Source of the DNA: Candidatus Micrarchaeota archaeon | Lineage (GTDB): Archaea; Micrarchaeota; Micrarchaeia; Norongarragalinales; Norongarragalinaceae | Direction of reading: 5' to 3' | Length of the DNA stretch: 64,000 nucleotides | Assembly: GCA_016207165.1 (NCBI GenBank) | Contig: JACQQD010000001.1 | Span: 96,001-160,000, forward strand | In this document: positions 57,014-64,000 of the stretch, in pieces | Layout: every line of letters starts with the position of its first letter | Position numbering within the stretch: position 1 is the stretch's first letter | Program-made: the position numbers and the translations under genes | Notes under the pieces: model-generated | Seen by the model: the letters and a program-made list of their open reading frames with translations, nothing else | Databases searched by the model: none | What the model was told of the DNA's origin: nothing

Positions 57014-58113
57014 TGACCCGGAAAGTTCATGTGCCGCACTCCATCAAGATTCAAACGAGCGTACTGTTTGAGCAAATCCATTTTGCCTTCGTCAAAGATT
57101 TTCCTGACGATTTGACGCATCAAGTCCTTGTCCTTCCGGATCAATTCGACGACTTCATCCGAAAAGCCTTCCAGGAATTCCTCGGGAGACGTGGCCCCCA
57201 TTTTCTGCAATTCACCCATGAGCGCCTGCTCTCCGGAGTGATCGTACACTGAAAGCATGTTGGACTTCTTGGACCACCGCGCAAACGTGCGCGTCGCCGA
57301 ATCACTAGCGCCGTTGGCCCGCAACTGCGTGATCTTGGAGTGCCGGAACCAATGCGGGTTGATCCGCTTCTTGACGCCGGCACGCTGGCCGAGGCCACGC
57401 AAGAACTTGGCCAAGTTCGCCGGCTCCAACGCATCACCATGAAAATTCAGCCAAAGCGGGGCCTCCGAATCCGATTTCTTCGGGTGTTCACGCAAGTACG
57501 CCCGGAACAAGTCGACGGCGTGACGATTGATCACCGGCACGCGGCCGTTCCGGTACGGCGTCTTGGTACCATGAAAGTGAAAGATCAAAAACGGCGGCCG
57601 ATCCGTGACGTCGCCCACCTTCAAATCCGTGAACTCCTTGGCGGCGCCCCCGGATTCAAACAAGCACCGCACCACAACTTGCTCCCGCACGCTGCGACAC
57701 GCCGCCTCCAAGCGCGTGATGTCCTCATCGGTGAGAACCTCGTTCTCCGGAATCAATTTGTCCGCCGGCCGAACCACGCGCACCCGGCCCGCCCGCTTGG
57801 CGTCACCATCCAAGAACCGGTAAAACTTTTTGAGAGCCACCTGGTAGTCGTGCTTGGTCCACGCCCGCCACTTGCTCGTGTTAATGGCCACTAGGACGGC
57901 ATCCAAGTCTTCGTCCTGGAGATCCACCAACGCCTTGGAAGTCAAGCGCTTGATGGACGTAAAATTGCTGATGTACTTGCTCAACCGCAACTCGCCCACG
58001 CCCTGGGCCTGCAAGTTGTTCAAGAACCGCGTGATGGCCTCCTTGTCCCGCGCCGAAAAAGTAGACCTAGCCAACGACAGCTGGCGTTGCGCGTACAAAG
58101 CCACTCCATCCAT
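56995..58113 (-). CDS. int: Tyrosine recombinase/integrase
   Basis: KT, PHWFRHS, W(SKKS) and VYDH catalytic Tyr; the first catalytic Arg position reads ESGGAAKE. Confidence 0.92.
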   Translation of the reverse strand: MDGVALYAQRQLSLARSTFSARDKEAITRFLNNLQAQGVGELRLSKYISNFTSIKRLTSKALVDLQDEDLDAVLVAINTSKWRAWTKHDYQVALKKFYRFLDGDAKRAGRVRVVRPADKLIPENEVLTDEDITRLEAACRSVREQVVVRCLFESGGAAKEFTDLKVGDVTDRPPFLIFHFHGTKTPYRNGRVPVINRHAVDLFRAYLREHPKKSDSEAPLWLNFHGDALEPANLAKFLRGLGQRAGVKKRINPHWFRHSKITQLRANGASDSATRTFARWSKKSNMLSVYDHSGEQALMGELQKMGATSPEEFLEGFSDEVVELIRKDKDLMRQIVRKIFDEGKMDLLKQYARLNLDGVRHMNFPGHAEGGI

Positions 58114-58181
58114 TACAGGTACCCTTCCTCTCGCGCTACTTTAAGCAAATCCAATAAAAAACGCATTCTCGACCGCGACAC

Positions 58182-58283
58182 TCAAACCACCAAGAAAACC
58201 CGGTCGCCCACGCGCTCAACCACGCCGTGCGGAAACAAGCTTAACGCTTCCACCGGCACCCTTGAAATATCCCAACGCCTCAC
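58182..58283 (-). CDS. Possible 33-aa protein
   Basis: GTG start overlaps the RHH stop (GTGA). Confidence 0.3.
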   Translation of the reverse strand: MRRWDISRVPVEALSLFPHGVVERVGDRVFLVV

Positions 58284-58414
58284 GCCGACCCCTCCGCATA
58301 CTTCTGCAAAACGCACGACCGGATCAACTCACTGCGAGACAAGCCGATACGCTCCGACTCCTTGTCCAACAACTTGACAATTTTCTCCGGCAACGAAATT
58401 GAAACAAGTTCCAT
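58280..58414 (-). CDS. Ribbon-helix-helix (CopG-like) protein, 44 aa
   Basis: Hand translation MELVSISLPEKIVKLLDKESERIGLSRSELIRSCVLQKYAEGSA. Confidence 0.85.
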   Translation of the reverse strand: MELVSISLPEKIVKLLDKESERIGLSRSELIRSCVLQKYAEGSA

Positions 58415-58496
58415 ACGAAGGCCTATCGGTTAACACTTAATCTATTCTTAAAGGTTTCGTTGCTTGCCAGTAGTTTAAGTACAAATCATATACGCT

Positions 58497-58844
58497 ATGC
58501 GTATGGCGGACGAGCCGACTATTGAAGAAATGGTCCAACTCCTAAAGAAACGGCGTTTCCTGCCGTTTGGCCACTCGTCTTACTTGGCAATCTTCATCGC
58601 AATGCTGGAAAAACCGCTCTCCAAGGCCGAAATGCAGGAAATCGCAGGGCCCACTCCGCAAGGCGCGTTCATTCGAATTTTTGCAGCCCCGGGCGTCGGC
58701 TTCATGAACCGCGTCTTCGGCAAAAGCAAGCAAGGTAGCGACATCGTCAAGTACGAGTTGACGGAGAACGGACGCCAATTCGTCCTGGATCAACTGGACC
58801 TACTCAAAACGTTTTATAAGGCCACAGAACCAAAAAAAGAGTGA
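58497..58844 (+). CDS. Winged-helix DNA-binding protein
   Basis: LEKPLSKAEM and wing KYELTENGRQ. Confidence 0.65.
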   Translation: MRMADEPTIEEMVQLLKKRRFLPFGHSSYLAIFIAMLEKPLSKAEMQEIAGPTPQGAFIRIFAAPGVGFMNRVFGKSKQGSDIVKYELTENGRQFVLDQLDLLKTFYKATEPKKE

Positions 58845-58851
58845 ACAGCCA

Positions 58852-59160
58852 ATGGACAACTTCGAAGCGCAAGTAATTTCAATAACCCCCGTTCACTGGC
58901 CGGATGGCACTCTTGCCGTTAGCGTCGTCTTCGGTAACCCCGTTGCCGTTCAACAAAAAACACCAGATCAAAAAAACGTCGTACACGTTCAATTGCCAGG
59001 CCAACTACAAAACCAAGCGGTTCCACTCGCAAATCGCGTTATACTTCTTTTAACCCAAAAAGAATGGGACCAACTTCAACACAAGCCGACATACGGGGAA
59101 GCTTTCACATTCGCATCAACGAAAAACGGTTTCAAATTTGAACGGGCTGCAAAAAATTAA
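58852..59160 (+). CDS. Hypothetical beta-rich protein
   Basis: 102-aa ORF in an operon with the wHTH gene and hicBA. Confidence 0.65.
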   Translation: MDNFEAQVISITPVHWPDGTLAVSVVFGNPVAVQQKTPDQKNVVHVQLPGQLQNQAVPLANRVILLLTQKEWDQLQHKPTYGEAFTFASTKNGFKFERAAKN

Positions 59161-59161
59161 C

Positions 59162-59482
59162 ATGTTTTGTTTTGACCTCCGGTTCAACACAAAAAAAGAC
59201 GGAAAATTTTGGTTTATCGAGTGCCCAGACTATCCCGTGTTCACGCAAGGCCGAACCAAAAAAGAAGCCAAAGAAAACCTCAAAGAAGCATTTTTGCTTT
59301 ACGCCTCCGATTCAGATGCACAAGCCAAGCATCCCGAGCTAAAGCAATTATTCGCCCAGCAGCCAACCCAAGTCAAGTCCCTTACCGTTACGTTCGCGGT
59401 ACCCGTCGATTCTTTCCTCTCAGCCATTTATGCCCCGCTTGCCGATTCTGTCAGGAAAACAACTGGCGAAAATCCTCTGTAA
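59162..59482 (+). CDS. hicB: HicB-family antitoxin
   Basis: CPDYPVFTQGRTKKEAKENLKEA. Confidence 0.85.
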   Translation: MFCFDLRFNTKKDGKFWFIECPDYPVFTQGRTKKEAKENLKEAFLLYASDSDAQAKHPELKQLFAQQPTQVKSLTVTFAVPVDSFLSAIYAPLADSVRKTTGENPL

Positions 59483-59660
59483 ACACTTCGGCTTCACGGA
59501 ATCCCGAATAGCTGGAAGCCACCTCATCCTGAAAGGCGCCCGAAACGGCCAAGCCAAGACCATTCCAATTCCACTGCACCCGGAAATCGGGCGGCACTTG
59601 TTGAGCAGGATACTAAAAGAAGCCGAAATTTCACGAGAAGAATTCGAAAACGCGTTATAG
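59430..59660 (+). CDS. hicA: HicA-family toxin
   Basis: MPRLPILSGKQL, GF, GSH, IPLH and LLSRILKEAEISREEF. Confidence 0.9.
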   Translation: MPRLPILSGKQLAKILCKHFGFTESRIAGSHLILKGARNGQAKTIPIPLHPEIGRHLLSRILKEAEISREEFENAL

Positions 59661-59867
59661 GCCGCGCAAATCTGAGAAGATTACGTTCAAGCCAAGCAAC
59701 GCCTTGCTTTTCTCCTCCGGCGACAACTCCGGCTTGTCCACCAACCTCATGACCATGGCGTGGTACTTGCGTTGTTCTTCCAGCGTAATCCAGTGGCGTT
59801 CCACGGCCCGCGCCAAATCCGATTCAATCTGCTCAAGGTACCGAGCGTAGGCCTTCCCCATCACCAA
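59655..59867 (-). CDS. Hypothetical protein
   Basis: 70-aa ORF with an upstream TTTTAAA element. Confidence 0.55.
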   Translation of the reverse strand: MVMGKAYARYLEQIESDLARAVERHWITLEEQRKYHAMVMRLVDKPELSPEEKSKALLGLNVIFSDLRGL

Positions 59868-59976
59868 AGACTCGCGGGAACCCTTTAAAACCCTGGAGGC
59901 AGCAGCTGGCCGGTGAAATTTCAGCCTTTCTTGCGGCGTTTTTCTTCTAGTTTAACCAGAATCTCTAGGTGATTTT

Positions 59977-60318
59977 ATGACCAAAAAAACCCAAAGCCAA
60001 ATTCTCGCGGAACTCCAGAACGGCTTGCACGACTCAAGCATCAAAGCAATGGACGGCTACCTGAAATACCTCCAGGAATTAAAGGTGCATTCAGACGAAC
60101 TAGAAAAGCTCGAATTTACCTCTGCTTACGGCACAACGGCGCTTTTGCAAATGAGCGCTGTCACGTCAACTCTTGGTAAACAAATTTTTGAATTGGAGAG
60201 CTCCTTGAACCGTTTTTCCGAAACGACGACGAAACTGACCCACGTCCTGATAGTTCTTGCAGGACTCCAAATCGTTTTAGTCGTCCTGCAGGTTGGCCGG
60301 ATGTTCAATTTCTTTTGA
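59977..60318 (+). CDS. Hypothetical protein with coiled coil and C-terminal TM helix
   Basis: GGTGA RBS; hydrophobic C-terminus. Confidence 0.6.
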   Translation: MTKKTQSQILAELQNGLHDSSIKAMDGYLKYLQELKVHSDELEKLEFTSAYGTTALLQMSAVTSTLGKQIFELESSLNRFSETTTKLTHVLIVLAGLQIVLVVLQVGRMFNFF

Positions 60319-60329
60319 TGTCGACTTCA

Positions 60330-60509
60330 TCACTTTCCGCGGCGGATGAGTTCTTCCCGAAGCGCATCAATGGCGTCAATCAACCGTTCGTGGGACGCCT
60401 GGAGCTTTCGGAACACGGTTTCATGGATGTACACCATGTACGCAAGCCATAGCGCGACGATGCCGTTGTTCGCCAGCGCGTCCAAAATGATTGCGGAGAA
60501 ATCAGTCAC
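60330..60509 (-). CDS. Small single-TM plus coiled-coil protein (holin-like architecture), 59 aa
   Basis: GTG overlaps the upstream stop; NNGIVALWLAYMVY TM followed by a helix. Confidence 0.55.
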   Translation of the reverse strand: MTDFSAIILDALANNGIVALWLAYMVYIHETVFRKLQASHERLIDAIDALREELIRRGK

Positions 60510-60715
60510 ACGCCAAACCCCATTTTCCGCAGGCGCTCCGCCAAAGCGTTTGCGTCCATGTATGAAGACTTTACGGTGACTTCCACGTCCACCGTGCCAT
60601 CCGGATTCGTCGCCACGACCTCCCACTTGACGGCGTTGGCCAACTCCAAGGCCTCCGGCGACAACGACCCCAAAACCCCTTGCGGTTTCAACGGAATGTT
60701 TTTGAGCCTCATCAA
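60506..60715 (-). CDS. Hypothetical viral protein
   Basis: Four-base overlaps with both neighbours. Confidence 0.6.
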   Translation of the reverse strand: MMRLKNIPLKPQGVLGSLSPEALELANAVKWEVVATNPDGTVDVEVTVKSSYMDANALAERLRKMGFGV

Positions 60716-61761
60716 ACCACCCCGTCAACCAGCAACGGCGTTCCCAAGTCGATGTTGATAGTCCTGTCAACGAAACCCGCGCAGTACAACCCGAATCCGG
60801 CAACGCTTGCCGGGCCGGTGTTCGTCGTCGTCAGCGTGGGTCCACCCGTGGCTGCGTGCGCGGGCAAATTCTGCCAGTACGAAAACTCGACTCCAGCCTT
60901 CCAATAGACTTCAAAGGTGTTGAATGCGGTTCCAACGGCTGCACCGGTGGCGTGGTTCGTCGCCGCGCCCGCCGCACTCGTCGTCTGCAAACGGAAACCC
61001 GCGCTTGCAATGTTGATGCCGAAAGCACTTTTCGGGTATGCGCCGGTAATGTCCGCCGTCGCGCTTTCCGTGAAATAGATTCCCGCTTCCATGTTGGCGT
61101 CCACCACGGACGCGCGAATGGAAAACTTCGCCCAAAGTTCGGTCACGGACGCGCCGATGGGCCAAATCAATTGCGTCTTGTTGTTCGCCCCGGACCGCGT
61201 GCTGGCCATTCGCGCGTAGGCCACGGCTTGCGATTGCACGTTCGTGCTTCCTGCTCCCTGGTTGTCCGTGCTGGGAGCGCTACCTAGAACTGTGCCGTCC
61301 ACGTGGGCGATTCGTGCCGCGGGAGCAACCATGCGCATGTTCACGCGGTACTTGAGGGCGTTGGCGACGTTGGGCAAACCAAGGCCGCCGACTTGGGCTG
61401 CTGTTGGCGAGGAAATCGCGCACAACACTTCGTTGACAAAACCGTTTCCAAACTTTCCGCGCCCCGTTGCATCCGCAGTAAACACTCCAACCGGCAACTT
61501 TGACAAGAGAACTTGGTTGTCGCCCAGCAATCCCGAGTCCACGAAAGAACTGGCGAATTTGCCGCGTCCCGTCGCATCCGCCGTGAACAAGCCGGTGGGC
61601 ACGTGGCCCAAAGCCATGGCCGCCCACGCTGCCAAGCTGGATCCATTCGTCGCAAGCAACTGGTTTGCGGTGCCGCCCTTGACGCGACTGGACCCGCCGG
61701 CAGTGGTCTCCAGCGTGACGTTGTCGGGAGTAAAAACGCTTCCACCAGGAAGAAAACCCAT
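60712..61761 (-). CDS. Putative spike/fibre protein
   Basis: Gly/Ala/Thr-rich; repeat P.G.FTADATGRGKF with 35-aa period; beta-rich C-terminal domain. Confidence 0.6.
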   Translation of the reverse strand: MGFLPGGSVFTPDNVTLETTAGGSSRVKGGTANQLLATNGSSLAAWAAMALGHVPTGLFTADATGRGKFASSFVDSGLLGDNQVLLSKLPVGVFTADATGRGKFGNGFVNEVLCAISSPTAAQVGGLGLPNVANALKYRVNMRMVAPAARIAHVDGTVLGSAPSTDNQGAGSTNVQSQAVAYARMASTRSGANNKTQLIWPIGASVTELWAKFSIRASVVDANMEAGIYFTESATADITGAYPKSAFGINIASAGFRLQTTSAAGAATNHATGAAVGTAFNTFEVYWKAGVEFSYWQNLPAHAATGGPTLTTTNTGPASVAGFGLYCAGFVDRTINIDLGTPLLVDGVV

Positions 61762-61764
61762 TCG

Positions 61765-62907
61765 TCAAATCAACCCGGCTTTGCGCATGCCTTCCCGAAT
61801 CACGCCCGTGTCAAAGCCAAGGCCCGACTGGGAAAGCACGGTCAAGAAACTTTCTCCGGAGGTCGACGGCGACACCGTCAGCAAGAAAGCCAGCTGGCGT
61901 TCAAGCGTCGATCGAAGGCCGGCGTCGACGAATCCGCTTTCTCCAGCCAACGATCGGCGGATGGCGTCTTCGGCGACTTGCCGCGCCGTCATGCCCGGAG
62001 ACGCAAAGTCTCCAGACAAGAGGCGCAACTGCGCGGGGGGAGCCGGCAGTGGAACAGGAGAATAATTCGGGATGACTTGCGCAGGCGATGGTTGCGGGGG
62101 CAAAGTAACCTGGACTTGCAGCGGGTAACCGCCAGTAGGCTCGGCGGTGCCGACTTCGCCAAAGTAAAGCCTCACCGCTTCCAAACCCGCATTCAACGAG
62201 TCTTTGGCCGTCCAACCAAACGCCCAAAACACGGGAGCGCCGATGCCCAAGTCTACGCGCTTGATGAACACGTCACCGCTTTGCGTAACTGCCTCTTGGG
62301 CATCCGGGGACAAACGCAGCAACAACGAGCCGAGGCCCGTTTCAAAGCCCGGCGTCAGCCAACCCCCAAGCACCAAGTAATTGACTTTGCGAGCGGAAAC
62401 GCCCAGGCTTCTAGCCACGGTAGCCGTGACGGTAAACGCGGACGCGTCCATGGTTTCCACGGACAAGCCCACCGCCTGAATCGCGCCCTTGACTGTCGGC
62501 AGAATCGTTTGGCTGCCAGCATCTTTTCCGGTCACGATGACGACGATGCCGCTTGTTTCCGCCGGCTTTTGAGCAGCCGCTTGCTCCCGGACGCCGCCTA
62601 AGACGAAGTCGTAGATGCCAGCCGGGATTCCGAACAACGGGTTAGTGGCCGTCAAGGCTTGCGCGGCCGGCGACGTGGCCAATTGCTGCGACGTTTCAGC
62701 CAAGGCTGGCAACACGGGTTGAAAAGAGACTTCCGGAGCGCGAGGAAACACGGGTTCCGGGGCCTTGGGTTCCTCGATGACGAACGCGTTGCGTGGCAAC
62801 GGCACGTTCTTAAACTCCTTGGGCTTGGCTTCGTCTTTCACCGACAGCCAGTAGCCTAACGCCAGGAGGCCAGCCGCGGCCAAAACCAACGTGCCCTGGT
62901 TCGCCAT
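61765..62907 (-). CDS. Putative virion membrane protein
   Basis: N-terminal TM helix and Pro-rich linkers. Confidence 0.6.
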   Translation of the reverse strand: MANQGTLVLAAAGLLALGYWLSVKDEAKPKEFKNVPLPRNAFVIEEPKAPEPVFPRAPEVSFQPVLPALAETSQQLATSPAAQALTATNPLFGIPAGIYDFVLGGVREQAAAQKPAETSGIVVIVTGKDAGSQTILPTVKGAIQAVGLSVETMDASAFTVTATVARSLGVSARKVNYLVLGGWLTPGFETGLGSLLLRLSPDAQEAVTQSGDVFIKRVDLGIGAPVFWAFGWTAKDSLNAGLEAVRLYFGEVGTAEPTGGYPLQVQVTLPPQPSPAQVIPNYSPVPLPAPPAQLRLLSGDFASPGMTARQVAEDAIRRSLAGESGFVDAGLRSTLERQLAFLLTVSPSTSGESFLTVLSQSGLGFDTGVIREGMRKAGLI

Positions 62908-62908
62908 T

Positions 62909-63148
62909 TCATTTCCTCAACAGCAGAAACGCTGCGATCGCCAGTCCTCCAAGCAAAATCAAGGGGCTAATAGAGAATCCCGAAGACGTGGCTTGAACGG
63001 CCGGCGCTGGCTGCGTGATCGGCTTGACGATTTCCTCTCCAACCACGAATGCAGTCACTGCGATAGCGCCCAACGCCAAAACCGTGGGCAAGGCAGGCAA
63101 CGCGGCAACAGCAATCAAAGGCAAAACCATTTTTTTCAACACCTTCAA
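62909..63148 (-). CDS. Small membrane protein (putative virion membrane component)
   Basis: Hydrophobic N-terminal half and C-terminal TM helix ending in RK. Confidence 0.65.
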   Translation of the reverse strand: MKVLKKMVLPLIAVAALPALPTVLALGAIAVTAFVVGEEIVKPITQPAPAVQATSSGFSISPLILLGGLAIAAFLLLRK

Positions 63149-63507
63149 GCTGGGATCAAGTCCCCTTGGATCATCAACTGGACGACGCCCGAGCTGGAGG
63201 CAACCAAGGCCAACAATTCGATGGTTTCGTTTTGGTCCAGGACAAGAGGTTTTCCGCTTCGGTTCACAGTGAACGCTTGCGTCAAGCGGCGTGAAGACGT
63301 CGTGGTCAACAACGGCTTACCTTTGATCCGTAAATCAATTTGACCGGCCACCGCCGACCCCGTGAAATTCGAGTCCGCCGTAATGCTGATCTCGAGGATC
63401 TCCGCCTTTTTTCCAGCGGGAACCGTGAACGTGACCTGACTGGTCAAAGCCGTCTGGTTGACAGTGATCGCGTCCGAGAGGAACACGAAGGGATCCGACG
63501 CCGGCAT
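63145..63507 (-). CDS. Putative single-jelly-roll minor capsid/penton protein
   Basis: 120 aa of alternating beta pattern (FTVPAGKKAEILEISI...LVLDQNETIEL). Confidence 0.5.
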   Translation of the reverse strand: MPASDPFVFLSDAITVNQTALTSQVTFTVPAGKKAEILEISITADSNFTGSAVAGQIDLRIKGKPLLTTTSSRRLTQAFTVNRSGKPLVLDQNETIELLALVASSSGVVQLMIQGDLIPA

Positions 63508-63514
63508 GGCGCCA

Positions 63515-64000
63515 TCACTCCCTGATGCCCAGGTACCAGTTGATCGTGTCCGAGCCGGCGCCCGTCACGTCCAACTGCATCTGGCTGGAGGGAATGAAGG
63601 GCGTCACCGGCACGCGGAAGCGACCGGTGATGTGTCCGGACACGAAGCGGTCCTGGTCAAGCGCAATCAAGTCCGCCGGCGTGAGAGCTGACAATTCCAG
63701 CGATCCATCCCGCGAAAGCGTGAAGTCCGTAACGTTGGCCTCCGTGCCGACCGTGAACCCCACGAGTTCAATGCGGCGGCCTTGCGGCAGGTTCGGCCCA
63801 AAACGGTTTGCTCCGGACACGATGGACTGCGACAAGCGCATGTACCGTTGCGTGAAACCCGAATCCACGTTGGAGTAAAGACCCACGACAGTCAACGTCA
63901 CCGTGCCACCCGTGGCGCCGGACGTAGCCATGTCACTGAACGGAGCAATGGTGACTTGCAGCCGCGCGTCCATGTCTTTTTGCGCAATCGCGTTCGGCAA
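63515..64000 (-). CDS. Putative double-jelly-roll major capsid protein, C-terminal part (5'-truncated)
   Basis: LPQGRRIELVGF...VTDFTLSRDG...DLIALDQDRF...GRFRV resembles the second jelly roll of STIV-like capsid proteins (recognised by eye). Confidence 0.5.
   Translation of the reverse strand: MPNAIAQKDMDARLQVTIAPFSDMATSGATGGTVTLTVVGLYSNVDSGFTQRYMRLSQSIVSGANRFGPNLPQGRRIELVGFTVGTEANVTDFTLSRDGSLELSALTPADLIALDQDRFVSGHITGRFRVPVTPFIPSSQMQLDVTGAGSDTINWYLGIRE

Larger units (their letters stand above)
56995..64000. mobile_element. Integrated element/provirus at tRNA-Met, extending beyond the window
   Basis: Tyrosine integrase overlapping the tRNA 3' end, then RHH/HTH regulators, HicBA and a tightly packed structural-like operon. 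Confidence 0.85.

Noticed and set aside
1-64000. CRISPR arrays, rRNA genes and transposases
   Set aside because: None were recognised on reading the sequence or the ORF track.

Overview
A GC-rich archaeal chromosome segment. PCNA, PriS/PriL, Csl4, Rpo11, TATA-type promoters and bulge-helix-bulge (BHB) tRNA introns are seen directly; a DPANN lineage, most likely Micrarchaeota, is inferred. Housekeeping content includes glmS-glmU-glmM, thrS, primase, nrdR and nrdAB, uvrBAC, and aspA/fumC with sdhA. Main observations: (1) a tRNA-Phe(GAA) gene at 2622-2819 split by four introns, which splices to a clean 74-nt cloverleaf; (2) a provirus at tRNA-Met (about 56995 to the window end) whose structural module resembles tailless double-jelly-roll viruses; (3) an AT-rich P-loop ATPase-TIR gene inserted in a metabolic operon; (4) a candidate 2-oxoglutarate decarboxylase/SSADH shunt next to sdhA and aspA/fumC; (5) a class Ic (Mn/Fe) ribonucleotide reductase with NrdR boxes on archaeal promoters; (6) a chimeric ThrRS; (7) insertions at three operon junctions that duplicate the start of the downstream gene. 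All family calls come from motif recognition by eye; no searches were run.
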